Shown: piece after piece, positions 11,651 through 24,399 of the stretch
How the letters are laid out: the number at the start of each line of letters is the position of its first letter
Numbering within the stretch: the first letter of the stretch is position 1
Assembly: GCF_006345805.1 (NCBI RefSeq)
Contig: NC_043016.1
Location: 22,072,001-22,136,000, forward strand
Length of the DNA: 64,000 bases
Direction of reading: 5' to 3'
DNA from: Octopus sinensis
Lineage: Eukaryota
Notes under the pieces: generated by a model
The model's database searches: none
Seen by the model: the letters and a program-made list of their open reading frames with translations, nothing else
Told to the model about the DNA's origin: nothing
Made by a program: the position numbers and the translations under genes

Positions 11651-13749
11651 GGAATTCCACACTTCATAGCATGCTGCTATCTTAGCTCACTCCTGAACAG
11701 TCAAGCAACCAGCCATCTGGAAAATAAGAAATAAGACAATAAGGAAATAAAATCCTCATTAGTGTTGTCTGTTTAAAAATTCTATAAGCAATTTCTAATG
11801 CCTAGTTACTTTCCACCCACCCTGTAGATATTGATATAGGTATAATATATGTTAATGTTTTGGTGTATCTCAGGCAACATGGTTAGAGTATGGTAAGAAA
11901 ATAGGGTAATGCCATTTAGTAAGAAGATAGAGGAGGAGGGTGAAGGGTAGAATAAAATAAAACAAGCTAAAATACAATAAAAAGTGGTAGAGTCTAAGGA
12001 GTTATGTAGAGGTTTAATTTTTCCATAATAGATTTATGAGTATAAAAGTTTTAAAGGTTCATAGATGTAAGAGATTAAGGATATATAAATGGTTTAAGTA
12101 GATATAAAATTAGATTGGTTGATAGATAGGTAGGTAGACAGATAGACAGACAGACATACACATCCTGGTTGATAGAAAGATAGATAGATAGACAAACAGA
12201 CAGATAGATAGTTTACCATACTTGTGGCATGTGACCTGTAGAGAGCCTTGTTGCTGTGTATTATAACTTATTTCATAAGAACTTTCAAATCAATGATTCA
12301 TCAGACTTTCTTAATCCTTGTTTTTTTTTATCTTCCTTGATGATTGCTATTGCCAGTGTTGATTAAAGATCTTGGAAGCTTTAGCTGTGTTTCTATGCAT
12401 ACAGTTCATTACGGAGGAGGCTAAGGGCCTTCTTCCTAATGAAGTGCACCTCTGTGATCTGAGATTAACCGTATCTGTTGCCCTTGCAGTAGACAGGTAG
12501 TGAAATAGCCATCACAGTGTTGATGATGGTGGAACACAGCACTTGGTGGGGCTTTGGAGAAATGTTCCTTCACTCCAAGGTGAAGTTGTCATCTGATCAA
12601 TCCTATGTATGTCATCCCACAAGAACACATCATTTGGTACACAGCATTGGATATAAATCACAAGCAGACATTGTCCATTGGTTGTATTGTTCTGATTGGA
12701 CATTGGTTTAGGCAGTATGTGTCCAGTGTGTGAGAGATAGTGTCTGAGTGTGTGATCCCACCTCATGATTCTGATAAGGAAGCCAGATATCTTGTTAAAA
12801 AACAGCATTGAGAGATCTGGCCTTGAAATCCAATGCAGTGTGTTAAATAACGTGCTCTGTCAGATTGATATACATAGGATCAACTAGAAGACAACTTCAC
12901 CTTAGAGTCTGTTTTCCATGCTTGTATGGTTGAACTATTTGAAAGGATCTGGCAAGCTGCAGTGCTACTCTGAGCCCCAGTGTCAGTTTTGGCATGGTTT
13001 TTGATACCGTGTGATGAAAGTAAAACAATTATAATGTGGAAGACACATATTAGTCATTCAGAAGCACACAAAAATGCTGTTAACTTCACTTATGAGTTTG
13101 GTATCAAGATTTTTATCACCAAATGCAACCTGGTCATTGATACTGTTCCAGTATTTGCATTGTGGTACACTCTTGAAACCCATTGAAGATATTTATAGAC
13201 ATCTGAGTTATGATTCCTGATACTCTATTCCTCACTTGGAACTTAGTTGTTGGGTCAGTTCTTTTTGGCTGTGTGGGATGAGGGGGGTACAGTCATCAAC
13301 TACTGATCACTCATTTTCTATTTCACTGTATTTGTTTAAGTCAGTTTTTTAATTGTTATAGATTGTAGCTATAACTTGGTTATTGATATTCTACTTCACT
13401 GTATTTACTATATTTAAGTTGTTAGTCAGTTCCTTATAGTTTCTAACAGTCCATTTATGACCTAGTCACTTTATTTCAAAGTAAGATAGTTGGTCAGTTG
13501 TTATAGACTGTGGTGAAACATGTACAATAACCTAATTGCTGGTACTCTACATTGCTGTATATCAGGCTTTCAATACTTATAAACAGCAGTGGTACATCCG
13601 TGACCTGGTCACTTGATACTCTATTTCTTTTAAAGGTCATTTTTTTATATATATATACTATTCTCATATCAGTATTTGTTGATTGTATCTGATAAACACT
13701 CCATACTTTTGTTGATACATTTGTTGTACATAAATTTTATGAACAAATT

Positions 13750-14300
13750 CCAAATTTCACTTGTTCTCTTATCTGAATTGTTTGAACTGCTATCTAATTT
13801 GAAACTTTAGGCTCAATCAGTAGGTAACTACTAACCATTTTGAAAATAAACTGCTTGATATAGTCTTTGGCCCTATCATACAAAGACCTCTCATTTTAAA
13901 CTGCTAATATTTAAATTAATACATCCCATCATGATCTGATGTAAGAAAGAGTTCACAGTCATGAAGTCATCACTTTTGCCACAAAATGGCATACATCCAC
14001 TCCCGTTCTTTGAAGTATAGGTTGGCATCAATGGTTTGACCATCCAGAATGAACTTATGATGAATTATCCTCTCATAATTCCACATGACGTAGAGCATGA
14101 CCTTGTGTTTGCAATATCCATGTTTGGCAACAGTTTCCTGAAGCTCACCTCAAACGACAAGAACTGGTATCAGCATGGGATCAAAGAACTAGTAGTAACG
14201 ACCCTTTATCAGTTGTTGGCTGTTTTTCTAGTCTCGTATTCCAAGAATTTAACAACAATATATGCTTTCAATAAAACAGTTGCTCCCGCAAAGCAAATTA
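13750..14300 (-). mobile_element. Decayed classical mariner transposase fragment
   Basis: KHKVMLYVMWNYERIIHHKFILDGQTIDANLY, resembling mariner KVMLCVWWN..GIIH.E.L..GQTI.A..Y. Confidence 0.6.
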
Positions 14301-14847
14301 AATAAAATTTGGGATTTTGTGGAGAATCAAAATAGGTAACACAAACAGGACAGTGCAAACAAGCAGGAAGAGCTGCTAAGCTTAAATGAGGTGGTGGCAA
14401 ACGCATAAATCAAGCTAGGACAGGAGACAAACAAGAAAACATCTTCCTTGTTCCAGCTACAATGGAGAGAAAGAAAGAAAGATGGCCGATGGTCACATGG
14501 GAGCCACGTGAACAAGGGAGGAGGAATGAGGGAGAGAGATGACAGAGTAATAGGATAGAATAGTGGGAGAAGTAGAAGTAAAAGAATATGAGAAAGAAAA
14601 AGAGGGAAAAAGATGAAAGAATAAAAAGATTGTATAAAGTGCGCATCAGAATTATTAAGATAAAGCCATCTTGGAAGAGGATGCATGATGTTCTGTCATA
14701 TAATAATATAAATAATATATATAAATACACATACGTATATGTTCATAAATCTATATATATATATATGCATTTATACATACACCCGTGCTAGCGCGGAAAA
14801 TGGACGTTAAACGATGATGATGATGATATATGTTCATACATCTATAC

Positions 14848-14886
<39 letters not shown>

Positions 14887-16049
14887 TATGTGGGTACAGG
14901 ACGTCATGAAACGTGTACAACTAAAAAAGCATGAAGCACGAATACATGGAACATAAACTATTCTTTTGAACAACGAAAGACACAAATGGAGCCATCAGCC
15001 CTTTATGTATGCAAAATCATTGGTCACTCTGTTACCGGACATAGATTTAACTGCATATAAATACATTACTGCTCTATGTACTTCTTTTCCAGATATATGA
15101 TACATTGACAATATGTGTGTGTGTCTGTATGTACATAAATATATACTTATTCTAATTATAAGTATTAATTATGAATATTGCTTACAATGCTACTTTGGAA
15201 CATTGCTTAAACAGCTACGCAATTTCATGACTTCAACTGTACACAGTTTATGACATTTAGCTGACCCCGTGCCATCAAAAGTGATGGCTAATTGTAGTAT
15301 TTTGTATATAAAATGGGTACAAAAAGGTGAAAAACAAACATTGCTTCAACTCTGTGTCTGTGTGTGTGTGTGAGAGAGAGAGAGCATGTGTGCATGTGTA
15401 TACATTTATATGTATGTGTAGCACAGTCTGTGGTGAACACAGTTTTCTATACTTTGTCACAGCCCGCTTCCTTCGTTTTTAAGTGTGTCTGTTTATATGT
15501 ATGTATATATTTATGTATGTGTAAATGAATGAGTGTCTGTAATTCTATTTTCTATGTATCTTTCTAAATATACATACACAAACACATATACACTCACTCA
15601 AATATATTAATGTTTTACACAAACACACACATAAACACACAAACATTCACATTCCTCCCTTTTACACACACACACACATATACTCGCACAGAGGTGAAGC
15701 AGTGTTTGATTTTTGTTTCACTGTTGACTTTTCGCCATCCCACTTCCATTGGTGGATCACCCCTTCCTTTCTTATTTATATGTTGTGACGGAGAAATACA
15801 CAAGAGTATTATTAAAGTAGAAGATACACAACACTCTCTTTGCCACTTCTTCTCTCTCATTGTTGTTATTTTCTCTCACTTCCTCTTAGTCATGGCTATT
15901 ACTCTCACTACTTCTCCTTCACTGAATTACTGTTTTCACTCTTCTCCCTTCACCATTTACTCAGGCTGCATGATTTTGGACAAACAGATATATATATACA
16001 AACATATATATATACATACATATATATATATACATACATATATATATAT

Positions 16050-16086
<37 letters not shown>

Positions 16087-16087
16087 G

Positions 16088-16936
16088 TACTAAGCAATAA
16101 AGGGTTTAGCAACGAATTGCCTTACCACATACCGAATTTAGAAATAGCAGTCAAAGAGTTATAGCTATTTCTTCTACTAAAAAGGGAGATCTCAGTAAAA
16201 ACAGCAATTGGAAGGCAGACACAAACAGGTAAGAGAGAATGAATTGACGGCAATCTATCATACAATTTTAAGTTATCTACGGACGTACGTTCGAAATCAA
16301 GTTTTTAGGAAAGCATAAGAATTAAATATTAAATAATTCTATCTCACCAAAAACTTCTTTTCTTCAGCGTAGTAGAATACTATAATCATAAATGATTATA
16401 TATTGAATTTTGAGATACTAGGAGGCACCAACTCAACTCAGTATCAGAGCGAGCTAGAATCCGCAACTAGTATCACCAAATCCAATGTGTGAATGAAAAG
16501 ATTGTGTCACCAGCCCCTCCCACCCGCGTGTAGCCAAAACAAGATGCTGTGGTCATCTACTGAGATAAAATATGGTATCCGTAATAATGAAGGGTGAAAT
16601 TAATTAATTAATTAATTTGGAATAATTATCAATTACACCAAGTAGTCTTCGGCATGTAAAAGCCTCATTCGAGGAAAATTTAAGTAATACTAAGCAATAA
16701 AGGGTTTAGCAACGAATTGCCTTACCACATACCGAATTTAGAAATAGCAGTCAAAGAGTTATAGCTATTTCTTCTACTAAAAAGGGAGATCTCAGTAAAA
16801 ACAGCAATTGGAAGGCAGACACAAACAGGTAAGAGAGAATGAATTGACGGCAATCTATCATACAATTTTAAGTTATCTACGGACGTACGTTTCGAAATCA
16901 AGTTTTTAGGAAAGCATAAGAATTAAATATTAAATA

Positions 16937-16943
<7 letters not shown>
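16088..16943. repeat. 600-bp-period partial tandem element (255-bp direct repeats) between (TA)n tracts
   Basis: 16088-16342 and 16688-16943 are identical except for one inserted T. Confidence 0.9.
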
Positions 16944-16976
<33 letters not shown>

Positions 16977-17789
16977 AATATATAAAAACACTACACTTAT
17001 TATTATTTTGGAGATTACTTTAAGAACCTGTAATGAAATCAAATGCATGAGCTTGAAGCAGACTTTTTCTTTTACATGACACTCACAAAGGTTTTTAAAC
17101 AAAAGAAGATAAGGATGTTGTCTTCAAACTTTCATTTTCATATTTCAAAAGATATGCCAGACAGTAGCTCTTCAGAAGAAAATCAGTTTAAGTTTGCCAG
17201 CTGATGAATGGAAATGAGCAACTCTGAATATAGAAAATCAGAGCATTTCAATTATAATGTTGTGGGTGGGGGCAGTGCTCTTGTAAGATCATCACATTCC
17301 AATGATAGGATGTAAATTTTTATGTGTTTACTAATCCAAATATAAAAATTAGTTCTAAAATTAATTTTCAACTGGTTGATTTATTTAAAATCTGATATCT
17401 CAGCATAGTCAATCAAATACTTAGAATCAGTAAAATGTTTTATTTCATTGGAAATTATACACTCATGTGAAATTTTGTTTTTCATCAACCTGATCAAAAC
17501 AAGTGCAAATAACTAAGAACATATTTGTCTCAGGAATTCCTGGTACTTATTTGTTACTTTTACAGTATTCTAGTGTGTGTGTTTGTGTCTGTGTGTGTGT
17601 TTGTGTCTGTGTGTGTGTTTGTGTCTGTGTGTGTGTATGTGTGTGTGTACCGTAAAAACCCATGTAATTTACACACATTTTTTCACAAAAATAAAAATGA
17701 ACTTTAGTGGGTGAGTAAATTACATGAGTAGATCATTCCCAGAATTTTTTTAGAAATTTTTTTTGTTGAAAAAAGACATACAAAGCATA

Positions 17790-18470
17790 AATGTTCATAT
17801 CGGAAGTTGACTCATTTAATGTCAGAATAGGTTTTTACAGACAAAAATAATGGCTTAAATATAATGAAGTTGACTTTATGTTGGATGGTATAATGCTTAC
17901 TGTTTATGGCTAACTACTTATTGAAATCTGACATTCATGCTGGTAAACACGGTCCAGGCCATATTTTTACATTGCTTGGAGTTTCTACCCATTGTAACGG
18001 AGCATCATTGACATGCATAGTGATATGGATAATTCTGACTGAAAAAAATGTAATGATATGGATAATCTTGATTGTATGTTTTTATTTTTGCCTGTTTATT
18101 ACTAGGAACAGTTTTAAGTTTGTCATAATGTTTACACCAATTTTGAACATCGGCTTCATTAACATTAAAATGCCTTCTGGCAGCTCTATCACCTCATTCA
18201 AATTCATATTCAGCAATATTTAATTTCTCCTTCGCAGTAAATGATTCATAAGTTCTGCCCATACTGACAATAACGGTAATGACAAATTTTAAAGTTTGCT
18301 TGACATTTTATAAGTGTGAAAGGGATTAAAATTTCAATACTCCATATCAAAGGTTCCAATAAGAATAGGCAGAATAGAATTCTGTTTACATAATCAATTT
18401 GATTGATCACCTTCCTCTGTTGGTTGAGTAAAGTGTCATCCAAGCTGATATTTATTGGTAATGAAACTTA
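17790..18470 (-). mobile_element. pogo-like transposon remnant (Brinker-type DNA-binding domain)
   Basis: MGRTYESFTAKEKLNIAEYEFE*GDRAARRHFNVNEADVQNWCKHYDKLK, resembling BrkDBD of POGK-type pogo elements. Confidence 0.5.
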
Positions 18471-18807
18471 ATCTGCAACACCTGTGCATATTTATTAGCT
18501 TTGATTTTGTTGGTAATCCTTATCAACAACCTTTCCTGTGATCGTGATTTGAGAAGACATACAGCAGTATGTGTAAAATAAAGTTTATTATAAACAACAC
18601 AAACATTTTGTAATTTAATAGCTTTCAATATGATACCAGTTAAGCAGAAATTATTTTTATTTAATAAAATCTAATCATAAATAAGTGAAATTATTCTAAA
18701 TACAACTAAACTGAAAACCTGGCTATATCAGCAATTCTGAAAACTTTTGAGTGCAAATTTTAGATGAGTAGGAGCTTTTTTTTAACAAATTTTATCCTAA
18801 AAACCTC

Positions 18808-19232
18808 CATCATCATCGTTTGACATCCGATTTCCATGCTAGCATGGGTTGGATGGTTCAAGCGGGGTTTGGGAAGCCAGGAGGCTGCACCAAGCTCCAG
18901 TCTGATCTGGCAGTGTTTCTAAAGCTGGATGCCCTTCCTTACGCCAACCACTCTGTGAGTGTAGTGGGTGATTTTTACTTGCCACCGGCACAGAAGCCAG
19001 TCAAGGCAGCGCTGGCATCGGCCACATTCGGATGGTGCTTTTTATGTGGCTATGTATACCTGCCGCCCAGCCTCGCTTTTGGCTACCTGGTACAGTTCCC
19101 TGCTACCTCCATCCCTCCAGGCTTTCCAGGCCTGTTTCTTTGCTCTAATGGCTTTGTCTACCGTACTAGTCTACCACCACGTAACTCTAGGTCTGGAAGG
19201 GACTTTACACCATCCGCAGACTTGGTCTGTGG
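18808..19232 (-). mobile_element. RTE LINE fragment plus 3' tail
   Basis: 19070-19232 is homologous to 51390-51555; (ATC)n tail at 18808. Confidence 0.75.
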
Positions 19233-19423
19233 AAACTAAAAGAAGCCCATCGTGTATATATATATATTGCATAATTTCCAAAGTAGATCGAATGGAAATA
19301 TACCCTAACTGTAGATGATACCAGATAGCCCAAACCATGCTAGTGCTTTACTCAACATATCAGCACACTAGTTGACATACACCCATTAGTCATAGAAATT
19401 ATATATATATATGTGTGTGTGCC

Positions 19424-20230
19424 TTTTTAATTTCAAACATATGCATTGTTTGCTTTTGATTTTGCCAACTACACAGTATAGTAGGGTCAGTTTGGCACCA
19501 TCTGTGAGAAAAACAGCACCATGACGCTTCACTGCCAGAAATTTGGAAATGACATGCTGTATTGCTTGACATTCTCACTGGAAGCCCCAATACAAACATT
19601 TCAGAGTGCTTGGGTGTCAATTTGCGGATTTGTCATGTCCCCAAAACATGTACCAAGAATGATAGAAATCAAACATCCAGTCAACATCATGATGTTTGGA
19701 GTGATCACTAGTGATGGCAATGTTGTAGCTCCATTCATCTTCCCATATGGCCTCAGACCTAACATGGAGGCCTACATCATTTGCCTGGAGGAAGTAGTGC
19801 TGCCCTGGGTCAAGAGGATGGCTGCTAGAAGAACCTCTGTCTGACAACAGAGCTCTGCACCATGTCAGACAATTTCTGCAACCGCATCACCCCTAACATC
19901 TGACTACCTAACTCCTCAGACTGCAAATCCCTTGATTATTATATGTGGGGTGCAGTTGAACGAGTGACCAAGAGAATTCCTTGTAACACCAAAGTTGAAT
20001 TGAAGGCAAGAATTATGGCAGCATTCACCAACTTAAACAAGAAGGCTGTCCAGAAGAGTTGCTGGAGATTCCAAAGTCATTTGGAGGCCATGGTTGAAGC
20101 CAATAGTGATTTTACCCTTTAGTATTTAAAGATATTTTTATGTAATTTTGGTAAATATCTGTTAAAATGTGATGTCAGTGTTATTTTCATTTCTGCATAA
20201 TTTAGATGACAGTTTATTCACCACACCCTG
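19424..20230 (+). mobile_element. DD37D (maT) transposon, internally deleted
   Basis: MSPKHVPRMIEIKHPVNIMMFGVITSDG...; 3' TIR gacagtttattcaccacaccctg|ta. Confidence 0.88.
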
Positions 20231-20236
20231 TATATA

Positions 20237-20601
20237 CAGGGTGATTCAAAAGTCTCCATACGTAGGAAAAAATTTTTTTTCATAAAAACAGTTTATAAGA
20301 TTCCCCTGATCTGACACCTCTTGATTTCTATCTTTGGGTGCATTTAAAAGGCATGGTGTATTACAGAAAGAGGAAAGGCATAAATCATTTGAATGAATGC
20401 ATCACACACTCATTTGCACACATATCACTAGATGTGCTATTACGAGTTCACAGTGAGTGGGGTAAATGTATTGCAATGTATATTCAAAACAATGGTAACC
20501 ATACAGAGCTTGTTAAATAATTTTTAAAAAACTGTTCTTATAAACTGTTTCTTATAAAAAGATAAATTGTTCCTATGTATGGCGACTTTTGAATCACCCT
20601 G
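20237..20601 (+). mobile_element. 365-bp mariner-derived MITE with ~60-bp TIRs and TA flanks
   Basis: ta|cagggtgattcaaaagtctccatacgtagg...cctatgtatggcgacttttgaatcaccctg|ta; internal SPDLTPLDFYLWVHLKGMVY...NGNHTE. Confidence 0.9.
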
Positions 20602-20637
20602 TATATATGGATATACATATGTGTGTGTGTACATTTG

Positions 20638-20678
<41 letters not shown>

Positions 20679-21010
20679 ATATACACACATGTATATGTAT
20701 AAGTGTGTGTGTTTAGCAGCTCTGTCCAACTCACTACTTTTCCAAAACACTACAGAAAACAAACCCAAACACAATGAAAGGCAGTACTCCAGCATGGCCT
20801 CAACCTCAGGCTGAAACCTGTTAAAGACTAAAGATAAAAGATACATATATAAGTGTCTATGTGAATGTTACGAGTAATTATAGATTAAATCTAGTTAATC
20901 TGGTTTTTCTAGTCAGGAAGAAAATTATCAAAGCATTGATGAATATAACACGTGTGTGTGTGTGTCTGTGTGTGCGTCTGTGTGTGTGTGTGTGAGTGTG
21001 GGTGTATAAA

Positions 21011-22702
21011 CAGGTTGCACTGGGTAAATTGTTGCCATTCTATATTTTTTATTTCTCGCATGCACATTGTTTTTGATTTGCTTACGAACCACATGGTTCT
21101 GGGTTCAGTCCCACTGCGTGGCACCTTGGGCAAGTGCCTTCTACTATAGCCTCGGGCCGACCAAAGCCTTGTGAGTGGATTTGGTAGACGGAAACTGAAA
21201 GAAGCCCGTCGTATATATGTATATGTGTGTGTATATGTTTGTGTGTCTGTGTTTGTCTCCCCAACATCGCTTGACAACCGATGCTGGTGTGTTTACGTCC
21301 CCGTAACTTAGTGGTTCAGCAAAAGAGACCGATAGTATAAGTACTAGGCTTACAAAAAATAAGTCCTGGGGTCGATTTGCTCGACTAAAGGCGGTGCTCC
21401 AGCATGGCCACAGTCACATGACTGAAACTAGTAAAAAAGCGTAAAAGAGTAAAAGAGTGATATGGTTGGGCACCATCTGTGAGAAAAAAACAGTACCATG
21501 ATGCAATTCACTCTACTAGATATTTCAAAACAACATGCTGTATTGCTTGGTATTCATGCCAGAAGCCCCAATATGAGCATTTCAGAGTGTTAGGGTGTCA
21601 ATCTGAGGACAGTGTAGTGGATTCAGAAAGAGATGAATGAGTCTAATGGTGATTACAAAGGTATAGCTGCTTGGAAATCTCACTCTGATTCTTCTGATAA
21701 GAAAAGAACTCCTAAATTTGTTGGTGAGATCAAGGCCATGATTAACAATGATCCCGCTAAATCAATCAGGTCCATTGCCAGGGACGTGGCAGTATCTGAG
21801 TTTCTTATCAGGCAAGTAATGCATGAAGACATTCAGTATTCTTCATACAACATGAGAAAGGGCCAGTTTTTATCCTAAACCATCAAGGACAAGAGGAAAG
21901 GCCTCACCACAAAGCTTTTGAACAAACTCAAGTATCCCCTCCAACTGAACATGTTTTCGTTTTTCTCAGACGAGAAAAATATCTGCCAGCATCAGATGGT
22001 GAACACACGGAACAATCATTGACTTGCCATGTCCCCAAAACATGTACCAAGAGTGATAAAAATCAAACATCCATTCAACATCATTGTGTTTGGAGTGATC
22101 ACTAATGATGGCAACATTACGGCTCCATTCATCTTCCCACACAGCCTCAAACTCAACACGTGGGCCTACATCAAGTGTCTGGAGGAGATAGTTCTGCCCT
22201 GGGTCAAGAGGATGGCTGCTGGAAGACCCTAGTGCTGCCCTGGATCAAGAGGATGGCAACAGAACCCTGCTGGCAACAGAACCCTGCACTATGCCAGACA
22301 AGCAGGAGATCCCAGTCATGGCTGTCAGACAATTTCTGCAACCACACCACCCCTAACATCTGGCCACCTAACTCCCCAGACTGCAATCCCCTTGATTTTT
22401 CTGTGTGGGGTGCAGTTGAGCGTGAGACACACAAAACTCCTTGTAACACCAAAAGTGAACTGAAAGTAAGGATTGTGGTAGCATTCACCAACTTAAACAA
22501 AGAGACCATCCAGAAGAGTTGCAGAAGATTCTGAAGTTGTCTGGAGGCTGTGGTTGAAGCCAATGGTAATTTTATTGAATACATTTACTCTTGAGTATTT
22601 CAAGATATTTTTATATAATTTTGATAAATATATCTGTAAAAATGAGATGTCAGTGTTATTTTCATTTTTGTGTAATTTAGACAATTTATTCACTACAACC
22701 TG
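21011..22702 (+). mobile_element. Near full-length decayed DD37D (maT) transposon with nested SINE
   Basis: 5' end caggttgcactgggtaaattg; FFSDEK...VFGVITNDG...WQQ(N)PALC...WPPNSPDCNPLD (37 residues between the last two catalytic positions); 3' end attcactacaacctg|ta. Confidence 0.88.
21080..21458 (+). mobile_element. Family A SINE inserted in the maT 5' region
   Basis: Well preserved body with CpGs; (gagtaaaa)n tail. Confidence 0.88.
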
Positions 22703-22774
22703 TATACATATGACCAGCCCCAGGCCATATGTTACCATGTGTGTAAATATATCGGTTCTTTAAGTATTTCATTC

Positions 22775-23265
22775 AAGCGACGTTTTCTTAACCACCTGTC
22801 ATCCTTCAGAGTCCCAGAAAGACAGTTTGTCATGTCCCTGGCCCGCCATGTATGGTACCTCAAAGATCAAGAGACCCCATGTGATATCAGGTGAAAATTA
22901 ATTGATCATCTGGGCCCATATATTAAAGGAAGTGGCTGTTGCAAGATCTGCATCATGGAGAGTGCCAAAATTCTTAAGGACTATAAGAAACCTGGTGCAT
23001 TAAACAGCTGTAAAGAAGTGTTTTCTAAATGTATCCACTTCAAGCACTACTTGCTGGAAAAATTAGGCCTCTTCAGGTTTATAAGGGTCTTTCCCTCCCC
23101 AGTCTGATTCAGGGGAATAACCCATCTTTATTAACGTTTTTTGTTAAGATATACTCCTCAACTTCTGAGCATTTCCTCATGTCTGCAATGTAGATATTTT
23201 AAATTTTGTATCTATATAGAGTCTGACGAAGCATGCAGTTACAAATCTGCAGGGTTCTTATCTTA
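22775..23265 (+). mobile_element. Penelope-like element (Neptune-type) GIY-YIG C-terminus plus decayed terminal repeat
   Basis: RFLNHLSSFR...SLARHVWYLKDQ..DIR*KLI..PY.KGSGCCKICIMES...LNSCKEVFSKCIH; CTGACGA hairpin at 23224. Confidence 0.7.
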
Positions 23266-23489
23266 ATATCATTAACATGTTTTCATGGACAGGAACTGTT
23301 TCCAGTGGAGAATCCTGTGTCTGAGCTGCCCTTTTAAGGAGAACACTGCTCACCTGGATATACTGGGAAAGTGCTAGAAAAGGTGCACTAAAAATTGTCT
23401 GCTGGTTTTTTTACTGTGGTTAACAGTGGTTCAATTTAGCAGGAATGAACAAAGAATTGATATAAACAATGATAACACATATGCAAGGA

Positions 23490-24230
23490 ATAGGGTTTCT
23501 CTTAACCTAGCCTGTTGGAATCAAGCAGATAGGCCTGAAAGAACAGCTCTTGTAACTAAGGAGCTTAAGTGTCTTAATGTTGATATTGCAGTTCTTTCTG
23601 AAACAAAATGTTCAGACGAAGATAATCTTGTTGAAAGAGGAGCAGGTTTCACATTATTATGAGTTGGGAAGCCGAAGAGAGAAAAAAAGGAAGGTAGTGT
23701 TGGGTTTGCAATCAGAAGTGATTTGCTAAAGGACCTAGAACAACCACAAAGCATAAACAAACACGTAATGAAACTCTGGATCCCCACTTCTTGTGGACAT
23801 TTTGTAACTGTTTTCTCTATTTATGCTCCTACTCTTTACGCTAGTTAAGAAAATATCCATGCATTTTATGAGGAGCTTATAAGAAATATTCAGTCAGTCC
23901 CTTTGAATGAGAAGTTGGTTGTGCTTGGTGACTTTAATGCATGTGTTGGCAGAAACTATGGTGCTTGGAATGTACTTGGGTGTTACAGAATAGAAAAGGT
24001 GAATGACAATGGGTTGCATCTGCTACAAATGTGCTCTGAGCTAGGGTTGGTTGTTGGGAATACTTTCTTTCATCATAAGTTGAAGGATAAAGTTACCTGG
24101 ATTCACCCAAGATCGAAGCAAGGTCATATGATTGACTTTGTATTAACTCAGAAAGCTGACATACAAGATTTGTGCAGTCACAGAGTATTATGAGGTGCTG
24201 ACTGTGATACTGATCACAAAATGGTTAGGG
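23490..24230 (+). mobile_element. RTE LINE APE endonuclease region
   Basis: LACWN...DIAVLSETK...VGFAI...SIYAPT...VVLGDFNACVG...NTFF...TWIHPRSKQGHMIDFVL...DTDHKMV. Confidence 0.9.
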
Positions 24231-24399
24231 TTTCTTGTAAATTATTGACTTAATAACTATGTAATTTATACCAATTTTCACACTATCATAAATGTATTTT
24301 GCTCCCAAAGTCAGATTAAGTATGTCCATTGTAATTAATTCATAAATATATAATGAATCAGCATGTTAGCATTATATAATGTATTAACCTACATTTTAG

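Noticed and set aside
12240-13200. Possible Gypsy pol remnant (KTDTGAQ on the minus strand near 12975)
   Set aside because: A single short motif with many stops; it cannot be supported without a profile search.
16636-16680. Hammerhead-like motif on the minus strand (tcGAATGA-ggc..gcc-GAAG)
   Set aside because: The core deviates from CUGANGA/GAAA and no stem I partner or cleavage triplet is present.
16088-16943. CRISPR array or LTR retrotransposon/TRIM
   Set aside because: Only two long repeats, eukaryotic context, no cas genes; no TG...CA ends, PBS, PPT or TSD.
22885-22890. In-frame TGA in the PLE fragment as selenocysteine or read-through
   Set aside because: It aligns to a conserved Trp (TGG to TGA); simple decay.
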